A DNA stretch of 54,276 nt from a virus, in the IMG/VR virus record IMGVR_UViG_3300029720_000017; one strand, written 5' to 3'. The position numbers and the translations under genes were made by a program. The stretch's first letter is position 1; every line of letters begins with the position of its first letter. The notes below the pieces were generated by a model. It searched no databases. It was not told the DNA's origin and saw nothing but the letters and a program-made list of their open reading frames with translations. Below, piece by piece: positions 9,250 to 17,653 of the stretch.

Positions 9250-9559
9250 CAGTCAGCTCCACACCAACTTTCTGAAGCTGTTCATAGGTCGGCTCAATGA
9301 ACGCAGCCGCGCACAGAACGTCAACTACACTCAATACGTCCTTCATAACGGAATCATCAGTTGCATCCACACCACCCTTGATGAACAGAGAATTGGCCGT
9401 GCTCAACAGAGCATTGGGAATCTTGCCGGACTTGGCGAGAGCCATCATAGAGGGTCTACGCAGCCGAGCTACGAAGGGCTGACCCTCAGCAAAGGGCGGG
9501 AGCTGTACGATAGCACCCCGACCATACTCCTGAAGAGATTCCAGAGAGGTAATGTCCAT
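9173..9559 (-). CDS. tail assembly chaperone (gpG-like)
   Basis: 128 aa between the major tail protein and the tape measure, with an AGGAGGTG RBS. An overlapping downstream ORF lies in another frame. Confidence 0.75.
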   Translation of the reverse strand: MDITSLESLQEYGRGAIVQLPPFAEGQPFVARLRRPSMMALAKSGKIPNALLSTANSLFIKGGVDATDDSVMKDVLSVVDVLCAAAFIEPTYEQLQKVGVELTDEQYMFIFNYTQQGIKALQPFRGES

Positions 9560-9573
9560 AGAAATACACCTCC

Positions 9574-10173
9574 TTAACCCGCAGCCTTGGGCAGCTCATC
9601 GGGACCGATGTAACTGATTTTGTAGGGAGCCTGACCATCGGCCGGAGCAGAGTTGATGGTGTACTCGGGGGCGCGGAAAGCACCGTCCTGAGAGTTGAGC
9701 TGGATGGGAGTACCCTGACAATTCGGGTATGCAATCTTCTCGTACCCGGTCAGAATGCCCGCAGCATTGTAGATGGCGGAATAGGCGTTGATGGTAACGA
9801 CCTTGCCCTTCTCCTTGGAGCCAGCCACAGGAGGAGTGTAGGAGCTCACGCCGAAGCCCTTATCCTCGTCACCCTCAGCAGTATGCTCAGCAGTCGTCCA
9901 GTACTTGACCGTGCCACCCTGCAGAATCTTGACCTGCTCGGGGTTGAAGACGTTATCGGTCAGGACGATGGTGTTACCAGTGATGGTAGTGACCGTGGGC
10001 TTCTGAGCAATCAGACGACCCTTGACCACCAGCTTCACGGCGTCCTGGGTATCCGCCTGAACAGTGACCTGAATCTGGGAGGCCGTATCCAGAATGAGCT
10101 CGTTGGTGCCGTCGTCCAGAGTTACCAGAGCGACATCAATAGTGGGGATTTCATTGCCCTTTTTGATAGCCAT
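9574..10173 (-). CDS. major tail protein
   Basis: 199 aa directly upstream of the chaperone pair, with a strong RBS. Composition is beta-rich and typical of siphophage tube proteins. Confidence 0.75.
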   Translation of the reverse strand: MAIKKGNEIPTIDVALVTLDDGTNELILDTASQIQVTVQADTQDAVKLVVKGRLIAQKPTVTTITGNTIVLTDNVFNPEQVKILQGGTVKYWTTAEHTAEGDEDKGFGVSSYTPPVAGSKEKGKVVTINAYSAIYNAAGILTGYEKIAYPNCQGTPIQLNSQDGAFRAPEYTINSAPADGQAPYKISYIGPDELPKAAG

Positions 10174-10184
10174 ATTGTACCTCC

Positions 10185-10547
10185 TTAGTTGTTGTAGTAT
10201 TTACGATAATTGACGTACCGTGTTGATACCATGTGACCCTTGACGGAGTCATCATAGAAGGACGGTGTCCGATAGTGCATGGATTTCACCATCGGAAACA
10301 ATTCTTTCATAGCAGCTTCAACAGAGTCGACATAAGTCTCCAGAGTTGTAAACTGGTCTTTCGGTACATAACACAGTACGTCATACAGGTTTTGTGTGGT
10401 GCTGAATCCTTGGAATTGAGTTGTACCCTCGTCCCGGAGCACCAGATAGGGCTTGATGCATTCACCCTGATGCTGCGCGGGGGTGTATACATCGAAGCCT
10501 TTGCTCTTCAAATGCTTGAAGATGTCTTTATAGCGCGTATTTTCCAT
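10185..10547 (-). CDS. tail terminator / tail completion protein
   Basis: 120 aa between the gp10-like gene and the major tail protein. Called by position. Confidence 0.5.
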   Translation of the reverse strand: MENTRYKDIFKHLKSKGFDVYTPAQHQGECIKPYLVLRDEGTTQFQGFSTTQNLYDVLCYVPKDQFTTLETYVDSVEAAMKELFPMVKSMHYRTPSFYDDSVKGHMVSTRYVNYRKYYNN

Positions 10548-10918
10548 TACAGTTTACCCAGCCTTTCAAGGAGTCGTTGGAATCCCGGCATTATCTCATT
10601 GTTACCGACATAGTTGATTGTTGGGTCAATGATTGCGAACCGTTTCTCATGTGCCAGCTCCAACCAAATACCGTAATCAACACCGTGAGCCAGAGATAAC
10701 TCATATCCCTTCTCAACCTTGTAAGAGGAGCCTGTAAGACGCTGTCGTGCGTGTCCGGTACGGTCTGTCCATGGGCGGTGCTGCTTGGCATAGTTCTGGA
10801 GCTTGAGAGCAGAGGTCTGAGCATACGCTGAAATAGCGGCATCCGACTTGCTCTCAAATTTCTCCATTCCTTTGACGAGGTCAGAGATGTCGAGGTTAAA
10901 ATCAAACCCGTTAGGCAC
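10547..10918 (-). CDS. HK97 gp10-family neck protein
   Basis: I chose the GTG at 10918, which lies 9 nt after AGGAGG. The product begins VPNGFDFNLDISDLVKGMEKF and contains WTDRTGHARQRL, typical of the gp10 family. The longer ORF-track start would overlap the upstream gene by 120 nt. Confidence 0.6.
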   Translation of the reverse strand: MPNGFDFNLDISDLVKGMEKFESKSDAAISAYAQTSALKLQNYAKQHRPWTDRTGHARQRLTGSSYKVEKGYELSLAHGVDYGIWLELAHEKRFAIIDPTINYVGNNEIMPGFQRLLERLGKL

Positions 10919-11282
10919 CTTCTTGAACCTCCTCCAAGTAAACCTCGCAGACAATACCCGACTCAGACACGTCCTTGATTTCACCGATGTTGTACTTTTT
11001 ACCCCTGATAGAGCATGTGTACTCGGTATCAATCATATCAACAGCTTCACGCAGACACAAAATCATGGGATCTGCTTTGGAACGAATAACTGCGCCATCA
11101 ACAGCGGACTTCTTCAGGTAGGAAACGTTCTCGTGATAAATCCCCTTGAACGTTACTGTGGATACGGCCACACCGGTGGGCTCCCCGAAGTCGTTCTTAC
11201 CTTCCTTGTCAAATACAAACCATTGACCTTGGGTATTGATGCACCGCCGAACTTTGTTCAGCTGGAAATTGGAAGCATACAT
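10911..11282 (-). CDS. head closure / head-tail adaptor protein
   Basis: 123 aa. Position and size match the SPP1 gp16-type. Confidence 0.5.
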   Translation of the reverse strand: MYASNFQLNKVRRCINTQGQWFVFDKEGKNDFGEPTGVAVSTVTFKGIYHENVSYLKKSAVDGAVIRSKADPMILCLREAVDMIDTEYTCSIRGKKYNIGEIKDVSESGIVCEVYLEEVQEGA

Positions 11283-11540
11283 TTAGAACGCTCCTTTCAG
11301 AATACCCGAGTTGTTGGGTCTGTACTTGGCAGCCAGCCGCCGGAAGTACTTGGAGCTGTCCGCAGCACTCAACCCGGACACCTGCAAAGTAGTATCTTCA
11401 GCCTTGATGAGCAAACACTGATACGCCGTCAGGTCGTAATTGCCGCCATTCTCCCGCAGATAGAAGTCGAGCTGTTCATCCGTGAAGAAGGGGATGTCTG
11501 CTTCTCGCAGTACAATCTTCAGGTCTTCAATGTTACTCAT
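11283..11540 (-). CDS. head-tail connector protein (gp6/gp15-like)
   Basis: 85 aa, positioned after the capsid gene. Confidence 0.45.
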   Translation of the reverse strand: MSNIEDLKIVLREADIPFFTDEQLDFYLRENGGNYDLTAYQCLLIKAEDTTLQVSGLSAADSSKYFRRLAAKYRPNNSGILKGAF

Positions 11541-11549
11541 ACAGTTACC

Positions 11550-11924
11550 TCAGCTTTCCCGGTGCTGCTTGATGAGAAGCCGCAGCTCTTTCTTGGAACG
11601 AATACCGTCATGGTCGATACCCAGCTGGTCGGCATAGTCGCAGAGCTCTTCGAAGCCCAGCTCACTCAGAGGGATTTCGGAATAGTCAACAGGCTCGTCG
11701 TCCTCTTCTTCATCCTCCAGCTCGTCATCTTCCAGACCATCCTCTTCGTCCTGAGCAGAATCATCGAGGTGGGGCATTTCCGGAGCCGGGGGGTAGTTAT
11801 CTACCCCCAGCTCGGAAGTGACCGCTTCGTCCTCGAGAGGACGGAATCCTGCGGATTTATACATACACTCGTATGCACCGCGAGAGACCATCAGGGTAGT
11901 TACCCCATTCGTGATGCGAAGCAT
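11550..11924 (-). CDS. acidic protein with a Rho_N/SAP-like C-terminal motif
   Basis: ATG at 11924 follows AAGGAGGTG. It has an acidic D/E tract and the C-terminus LSELGFEELCDYADQLGIDHDGIRSKKELRLLIKQ. Confidence 0.55.
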   Translation of the reverse strand: MLRITNGVTTLMVSRGAYECMYKSAGFRPLEDEAVTSELGVDNYPPAPEMPHLDDSAQDEEDGLEDDELEDEEEDDEPVDYSEIPLSELGFEELCDYADQLGIDHDGIRSKKELRLLIKQHRES

Positions 11925-11938
11925 ACGGTCACACCTCC

Positions 11939-12979
11939 TTAAGACGCGATGACGTCCAGGATGTACACGCTGTCCGCAGACTCGAAGGAGGGCAGACAAA
12001 TCATGGTGACCTTGGTCTCCACGTTCACGGGGTCGGTCTTCTGGACAGTGGTAACAGCCACGCCAGTGTCAGTGATAGACACGTTGGCGGCACCAGTACC
12101 CATCAGGTCGGACTCCTCGGGAGTGGTACCGAACCACGTATTACCCAGAGTGCCCTCGGGGAACAGGACGACGGTGTCATCAGGTACAAACTGAGTAGCC
12201 GTACCGGCATCGTTCTTGTAACGCTTGCCGTAGACGATGAGCTCCAGACCCAGCTCATCCATCAGGTACTGGCTCAGGCGGGCATCGGACAGGGCAGAGA
12301 CCTGACCATTGGACAGGACGAAGATGGACTTGATGATTTTCTCGTTAACACGCAGGTAGCCCCACGTCTTACGAGTGCAGACACCACGAGTGGGACGCAC
12401 ACCAGTGTCATCCTCAATCTTGTCCATGGCCTTACGCATATCCTCAATGGGGTCAGAAGTCGTGGTGCTCCAGGAAGTAGTCACCTCGGACTTGTGGTCA
12501 CTGGGGATACCGTAGTCGTAGTTGTACGCCTGACCGTTGGCAGTGATAGCGATGGCACCAGTGGTCAGAGCCATCATTCTCATCTGCTCACGGCGGGCAC
12601 GAGCGCCCTCCAGCAGATGCATCTCGTCGGCGAACACACGATTCATGACGGCATCGATGTACGCCTGATTGCCGGTCTCCATGACCATATTCAGCTGCTG
12701 ACGCAGCTCTTCGTCGATGTAGGTGCTCTCCTTGAAGAAGGGCATCTCAGCAGACAGCTTGTCGAAGCCGATACGCGGACGAGGCACCGCGCCGACATCG
12801 AATGCGGAGGGCTTCAGCACGACGGGCAGACCGTTGGCACCCTTAATCCAGTCGAGCTTCAGACCCAGCTTCTTGTCAGCGGGGAACAGCTCCTCGCCCA
12901 GATAGGGAGGCATGTCCTGACGGTGCTCTTCCCAGTAGGAAGTCAGCTCCGGGGCTTTGACGAGGTCAAAAATAGTCAT
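11939..12979 (-). CDS. major capsid protein, lambda gpE-like family
   Basis: 346 aa. MTIFDLVKAPELTSYW...LFPADKKLGLKLDWIKGANGLPVVLKPSAFD matches the Phage_cap_E pattern as I recall it. Confidence 0.8.
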   Translation of the reverse strand: MTIFDLVKAPELTSYWEEHRQDMPPYLGEELFPADKKLGLKLDWIKGANGLPVVLKPSAFDVGAVPRPRIGFDKLSAEMPFFKESTYIDEELRQQLNMVMETGNQAYIDAVMNRVFADEMHLLEGARARREQMRMMALTTGAIAITANGQAYNYDYGIPSDHKSEVTTSWSTTTSDPIEDMRKAMDKIEDDTGVRPTRGVCTRKTWGYLRVNEKIIKSIFVLSNGQVSALSDARLSQYLMDELGLELIVYGKRYKNDAGTATQFVPDDTVVLFPEGTLGNTWFGTTPEESDLMGTGAANVSITDTGVAVTTVQKTDPVNVETKVTMICLPSFESADSVYILDVIAS

Positions 12980-13001
12980 CTTGTAATTCTCCTTTCTTTG
13001 G

Positions 13002-13400
13002 TTACTTCAGGAAGGTGATGTTCTTCATCTCACTCTTCCGGGTCGCCGTGATGAGCGCGGCAGTGGTGGTGTCCAGCTTGTTCAGGTCAACGAAGCCCCA
13101 AATCAGCAGGGTGCCGTTGTTGTCACCGTTGGTAACGTCAACGTCATGCAGCAGAACGCCAGTAGCGGCCTTGCCGTCGTTGCCAGCAGAGGTAGCATCC
13201 TTGGCCTGAACAAAAGCCGTTTCACGAGCGGTCAGGTCACCACTCAAGGGAGTGCCCGCAGGGACAATCTTCTTGCCATCGCGGGTGACAGAGTAGGCGT
13301 CATCGACCACGATACTGACAGACATCTGGTTCTGAACGTTGAACAGAATCTGTACAGGAGCCGCGCCGGTGACTTTGGTAATGCCGGTGTTGTTGAACAT
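13002..13400 (-). CDS. head decoration-like protein
   Basis: 132 aa immediately upstream of an E-type capsid gene, the usual place for a decoration protein. Confidence 0.45.
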   Translation of the reverse strand: MFNNTGITKVTGAAPVQILFNVQNQMSVSIVVDDAYSVTRDGKKIVPAGTPLSGDLTARETAFVQAKDATSAGNDGKAATGVLLHDVDVTNGDNNGTLLIWGFVDLNKLDTTTAALITATRKSEMKNITFLK

Positions 13401-13415
13401 TTTGTTTCCTCCTTA

Positions 13416-14093
13416 TCAGTTTTTGAAATAGTTGCTCTTACCGCCGGAGGTCTTGTGTGCCTTTGCGAGTCGGGCACCCAAACCCTCTTCATCGGTGGAT
13501 TTACGATTGGAACCTCTGGTGGAACCACCTGTTCCAGTGTTCTTCTGGGTCTCACCAAACATCGTGGGGTACTTGGTCTTCAGCTCTTCCAGCACCTTGG
13601 TGATGGGCTTTTCCTCCGTCACCTTGGGAGCCGCCAGTGTAATGATGTCATCAACGCAGTCGGGATTTACCCCGGCCGACAGTGCAGCGACCTTCATTTC
13701 CAGCTGAGTTGCCTTGGCATTGGCTTCGTCACGAGCAGCCTCCGCAGCCTTTTTCGCTTCTGCATCCAGCTGCTGCTGGGTCTTACCCGCGTCAAGAGTC
13801 TTCTTGATGGTGGCCATCTGAGTTTTGAAGTCCTTGTCGTCCTTGTACTCCAAACCCAGCTCTTTCAGGATAGCCTGTCTTGCAGTACGCTTCTCATTTG
13901 CCATCATAGCATTGAGCTGCTCCTGTGTGTAGGACTTTCCCTCTTGCTGCTGATTGTTCTGATTGCCCTGAGTATTCTGCTGACCGCCTTCACCGCCACC
14001 AGAGTTACCCTGAGAGCCACCGTCGCCACCTTCTCCGCCCTCAGCGAAGAATTGGAGACCAATGTGCTTGAGACTCATAGATTCCTGTTTCAT
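13416..14093 (-). CDS. scaffolding protein with an L27-like LQFFA N-terminal motif
   Basis: The N-terminus is MKQESMSLKHIGLQFFAEGG, followed by a G/Q-rich linker and a long coiled-coil. It lies upstream of the capsid genes. Confidence 0.7.
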   Translation of the reverse strand: MKQESMSLKHIGLQFFAEGGEGGDGGSQGNSGGGEGGQQNTQGNQNNQQQEGKSYTQEQLNAMMANEKRTARQAILKELGLEYKDDKDFKTQMATIKKTLDAGKTQQQLDAEAKKAAEAARDEANAKATQLEMKVAALSAGVNPDCVDDIITLAAPKVTEEKPITKVLEELKTKYPTMFGETQKNTGTGGSTRGSNRKSTDEEGLGARLAKAHKTSGGKSNYFKN

Positions 14094-14120
14094 AGTGATT
14101 CCTCCTTGTAATACCCATGC

Positions 14121-14522
14121 TCACCGTGCATGGTAACGGTAATCCAGTTGATGAATTTCGCCCTCAATCTGGTAAAGGGCACCATCAAGCTGTTTTGCGA
14201 GCTCAGCCCGCATGCAGCTCAATTTACTATCAATCTTGCCAATTCTGTAGGCAAGCTTCATGGGGACGGGCTTGTTCATGGCGAAGAACTTTGCCCTCTT
14301 GAGGTACAGCTCCTTGGCCTCGGAAAGAACTTCCTTGGTGAACTGGTCATCCACCTGTACGATGGACTCCTTACCGCAGCAGGGGCAGGTCAGAACCGTC
14401 ATTGTGATGTCCCGGCCTTTCTCATTCAGCAGGAATGTGGCATGCACCACCTTCTCGGAAATGTTGCCGGAGACCTCAACCATGGCGTGACACAAATCAC
14501 ACCGGGTAACATTTGTTTTCAT
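14121..14522 (-). CDS. zinc-ribbon protein (CxxH...CPCC), hypothetical
   Basis: GGAGGA RBS. Contains CDLCH and CPCCG pairs and is the first gene after the promoter at 14566-14594. Confidence 0.6.
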   Translation of the reverse strand: MKTNVTRCDLCHAMVEVSGNISEKVVHATFLLNEKGRDITMTVLTCPCCGKESIVQVDDQFTKEVLSEAKELYLKRAKFFAMNKPVPMKLAYRIGKIDSKLSCMRAELAKQLDGALYQIEGEIHQLDYRYHAR

Positions 14523-14540
14523 ACCGTCCTCCAGAAAAGA

Positions 14541-14553
14541 ATACTAATAGTAT
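14541..14553. promoter_or_regulatory. palindromic site ATACTAATAGTAT downstream of the 14566 promoter
   Basis: Same arms, with one change in the spacer. It lies between the -10 and the RBS of gene 14121-14522. Confidence 0.55.
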
Positions 14554-14565
14554 AATTCTACCACA

Positions 14566-14594
14566 ATTATACTCTTAGTTATCGAAAAAGTAAA
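14566..14594 (-). promoter_or_regulatory. internal promoter for the scaffold/capsid genes (TTTACT-N17-TATAAT)
   Basis: agtaaa at 14589-14594 and attata at 14566-14571. Confidence 0.7.
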
Positions 14595-14619
14595 GCCCTC
14601 CTGTGGGAAAAGGAGGGCT
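14594..14619 (-). terminator. intrinsic terminator ending the ARH moron
   Basis: Stem agccctcc/ggagggct with a 10-nt loop. On the minus strand it is followed by TTTACTTTTT. Confidence 0.7.
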
Positions 14620-14652
14620 TTTCAGAGTTATAATTCTCTCAGGAATTCAGTT

Positions 14653-15486
14653 TTATACCAGCCACGCAGCCACGTGAGAAAGCTCGTCTGAAACGGTCTT
14701 CTCGAGGACCTCGAGCCACTGTGAGGGGATGGCAGAGTAACCATATAGGGCACCGGCGAGACCACCAGCGAGAGCCGCTATCGTGTCAGCGTCGCCACCG
14801 TCGTTCACGGCACCGAAGATGGCCTCCCGGAAGTCTCTCGTGTTATTTACCCAATACAGGGCATTGTTCAGAGTATTTATAACATGACCAGTAGGTTCCA
14901 TGTGAACACAGGGAGGAATCGCCCGGTCATCCATCATGTTGTTCACTGCCCGATAATACTTTACGATAGCTTCATCGCACACATCATTGGTATGGGTGAG
15001 CTTGGACTGTTCCCGTGCCAGACTGAGGTCTTTGGCAAGGCAGGGCACCAGACACCGCATCAGGCCACCGTTACCATAGTCCTGACGGCCACGCTTGCGC
15101 TGACGTTCCATATTCCTAACACTCCAAATGTCCCATCTGTGTCCTCTGTTCCCGGAGATGGCTGCATGACAGGTACTGCCAACATCAATCGGACCATCGT
15201 CCAACCAGTTCTCAAAGTTCTTGGCAATCTGAGTCATTCGACCGCTGAAAGTCAGCCTGTCCATCATGCCTCTTGCCACACAGAGCATCATCTGTGTATC
15301 ATCAGTAACCATACCGATGTCAATATTCAGCCAGCCACCACCGATGATGTCAGTCACCTGACCATACTGCTTCTTGATGCCCTCAGCGGTCATGAACTCC
15401 GTCGTGGCACCCATAGCATCACCGATGGCAAACCCATACAGGGCACCCATTATCTTGTCAATTCTCTTATTCTCATTCGTGTTCAT
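14653..15486 (-). CDS. ADP-ribosylglycohydrolase (ARH/DraG family)
   Basis: Contains GALYGFAIGDAMGATTEF near the N-terminus and GGDADTIAALAGGLAGALYG near the C-terminus, both family hallmarks. Confidence 0.85.
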   Translation of the reverse strand: MNTNENKRIDKIMGALYGFAIGDAMGATTEFMTAEGIKKQYGQVTDIIGGGWLNIDIGMVTDDTQMMLCVARGMMDRLTFSGRMTQIAKNFENWLDDGPIDVGSTCHAAISGNRGHRWDIWSVRNMERQRKRGRQDYGNGGLMRCLVPCLAKDLSLAREQSKLTHTNDVCDEAIVKYYRAVNNMMDDRAIPPCVHMEPTGHVINTLNNALYWVNNTRDFREAIFGAVNDGGDADTIAALAGGLAGALYGYSAIPSQWLEVLEKTVSDELSHVAAWLV

Positions 15487-15670
15487 ACTTAGGACAACCT
15501 CCTCCCAGCAGGGTATCTACCAACTTTACCGTGTACCTTTTGCACCGAGACACATTCCCCAGCACCTTGGTATCATCCAGTCTGTATATGCAGTCCTTGC
15601 ATATCAAGTCCTTATTGGAGATACCCATAACTGCCTGACTCTCAGACTCTATACGTTCTTTCATGCTCAT
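15473..15670 (-). CDS. small Cys-rich hypothetical protein
   Basis: AGGAGG RBS 7 nt upstream. Contains CKDC...C...C and overlaps its neighbours at both ends, consistent with translational coupling. Confidence 0.55.
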   Translation of the reverse strand: MSMKERIESESQAVMGISNKDLICKDCIYRLDDTKVLGNVSRCKRYTVKLVDTLLGGGCPKYEHE

Positions 15671-15948
15671 AGTACAGCCTCCTTACTGCCAACGACCATC
15701 GTACAATTCCTCGACGGCCATATCACGCCAATACACATTCCGGCGAATCCAACCGTTACTCTGATGGGTCCAACCTCAATGAAGTCGCTCTCAATATCGA
15801 TAAAGGTTGTCTCGTCCTTTACATTCTTGCCTATGAGAACCGTGGGGTACTTCTTCTCATTGTCCATCAGCTCAATCAATTCAGCATAAGAATTGAAGTT
15901 GATGTACATAGACTTGTTCTCAGCGACCTCTACAGCAATATTTTCCAT
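15667..15948 (-). CDS. hypothetical protein, first gene of the ARH moron
   Basis: The second ATG at 15948 lies 7 nt after GGAGG, whereas the first ATG at 15954 abuts the RBS. It is directly downstream of the promoter at 15998-16026. Confidence 0.55.
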   Translation of the reverse strand: MENIAVEVAENKSMYINFNSYAELIELMDNEKKYPTVLIGKNVKDETTFIDIESDFIEVGPIRVTVGFAGMCIGVIWPSRNCTMVVGSKEAVL

Positions 15949-15997
15949 GCTCATTCCTCCAAGTAGAATTTACAGGCTCTTCTCACCTGTCACCCCT

Positions 15998-16026
15998 ATT
16001 ATAACTCCGTTCCTTGGAAAAGTAAA
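15998..16026 (-). promoter_or_regulatory. moron promoter (TTTACT-N17-TATAAT)
   Basis: agtaaa at 16021-16026 and attata at 15998-16003. It abuts the MuF-ART stop codon. Confidence 0.7.
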
Positions 16027-16029
16027 GCA

Positions 16030-17634
16030 CTATTTTTGATTTTTGACCAAAATTTCCATAAACACACGAATTACAGAGTTTCTGTGACCATCGGACTCCT
16101 CAATCTTGTTTATACGCACCGTTGTACCGGCATTGAGTAACGTTTCACCCTCGCCTGTACCGAACTGAGAAATGGACATGATAGAGGACGCCTGTGTACC
16201 CTTGGGAGCATAGAAAACAATCTCGACATCCCCTCCAAACCCCTTATTCCAGTCAGAAGAGGTACTGGTAAATCCAGCATATTGGCCAACCTTGCCTTGA
16301 AACAGCTTGTTCAAAGACTTAACTGACATCCCTTCTAATATGCTCTTATTATCAAAAAAGTCTCCATCAAGAAAACCAGCCAAGTCTCCAAGGTCTGTAC
16401 CGCGACGCAGTATTAAATCCTTTTCCAAAGCAGCTTTCTTCAGTGCAGATTGACACCGCTGTATGTCACCAGCGTACCAATCACCATGCTTATTATCAGC
16501 AGCCTCTTTACCTCTCTTCGCAGCAGTACGCAGCCAACCATTCATCTCTTTATAGCTACTACCTGTGTATTCTCTCAAGGAAGCCTTTTCTGCCTCGGTA
16601 AATCTTTCAAAGGCCGACTCTTCCATTTCCAACATTCCCGACGTAGTTTGACGTTCAAACAGACTTATCCACTCCTTAGAGGAAGGAATTTTCTGTATGT
16701 TGGTACCGGACTGTACATTGTCCTTAACTTCGGAGGCGATACCGCCCATACCCTCAATCCACTTATCCAAAGACGGGTCAGCCTTACCTTCAACCCAGTC
16801 AGCCAACCGGTCTGCGATTTCAGTCATACTCTGCGGAATGTATGCCTCAAAGGTACACATGCCGTTAGGGTGGTCAAGAGGGAGACTATCTTTGGGAAAG
16901 TGTTTACCATCTCGCTCCATACATACTTCACAGGTACGATTGCCCCCCGCAGACAACCAGACGTAATCCTCAACGAAGGGATTGTTTTTGGTAGTTCGTA
17001 CAAAGGCTTGTTGATAGGCGTGAGACACCATTGTACGAGCCAACCGTTGAGCATTGTAGTCAACTCTCTTGGCCGCGCCGGGGTACACCTTAGACCAGTC
17101 CCAGTCTTTTCTTGCTTCAGGATTCAGGTACTTCTCCAAATCCTTGGCTATGTCATAGGCACTCTTATTCTCTGCGATACCTTGTGCTACAACTGCGTTT
17201 ATATTGTACTGAGTCTTCATGTGATTTTTCCACAGGGCACGGCTCAGGCTCCACTTCCCCTCGTAGAGCTGACCACTTGCTACCGACTTAACAATGTCAG
17301 CCGGAACAAAACTGTATGCACCTTTAATCCCAAGACCCAGTTTATCTACGAATTTACCATTGTCGTCTACCACGGCCTGAGCCGCTGACTTCATATTGCC
17401 CTCAATCTCGCCCTTGAGAGACATCTCTGCTTTCTTGAGCTCCTTCTCGAGCTCCTTCTGTAAGTTCTTCAAGTGTTCCTCGTACAGAGGGGCAGAGGGT
17501 GTCTTAGGCAGCGTTTTGGCCTTTTTAGCAACGGATTTCGCAGCATTCTTATAGATGTCTACGATGTGCTTCTGCTGCTCTTTTGTAAGCTTTACTCTCT
17601 CCAGCTCAGCTGTATTCAGGTTAAACGTTGCCAT
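16030..17634 (-). CDS. MuF/SPP1 gp7-like head morphogenesis protein fused to a C3-like ADP-ribosyltransferase domain
   Basis: MuF core: AQRLARTMV...NRTCEVCMERDGKHF...HPNGMC. The C-terminal domain has YTGSSYKEMNGWLR, LRRGT (R), FTSTS (STS) and GEGETLL (ExE). Confidence 0.8.
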   Translation of the reverse strand: MATFNLNTAELERVKLTKEQQKHIVDIYKNAAKSVAKKAKTLPKTPSAPLYEEHLKNLQKELEKELKKAEMSLKGEIEGNMKSAAQAVVDDNGKFVDKLGLGIKGAYSFVPADIVKSVASGQLYEGKWSLSRALWKNHMKTQYNINAVVAQGIAENKSAYDIAKDLEKYLNPEARKDWDWSKVYPGAAKRVDYNAQRLARTMVSHAYQQAFVRTTKNNPFVEDYVWLSAGGNRTCEVCMERDGKHFPKDSLPLDHPNGMCTFEAYIPQSMTEIADRLADWVEGKADPSLDKWIEGMGGIASEVKDNVQSGTNIQKIPSSKEWISLFERQTTSGMLEMEESAFERFTEAEKASLREYTGSSYKEMNGWLRTAAKRGKEAADNKHGDWYAGDIQRCQSALKKAALEKDLILRRGTDLGDLAGFLDGDFFDNKSILEGMSVKSLNKLFQGKVGQYAGFTSTSSDWNKGFGGDVEIVFYAPKGTQASSIMSISQFGTGEGETLLNAGTTVRINKIEESDGHRNSVIRVFMEILVKNQK

Positions 17635-17653
17635 AAGACACCCTCCTCAGTAG

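Noticed and set aside
14621-14640. Plus-strand gagTTATAATtc at 14626-14636, identical to the early-promoter -10 context, which could be an antisense promoter into the ARH gene.
   Set aside because: There is no TTTACT-like -35 at 17 nt and no downstream plus-strand ORF. It may be fortuitous or a remnant of a promoter cassette.
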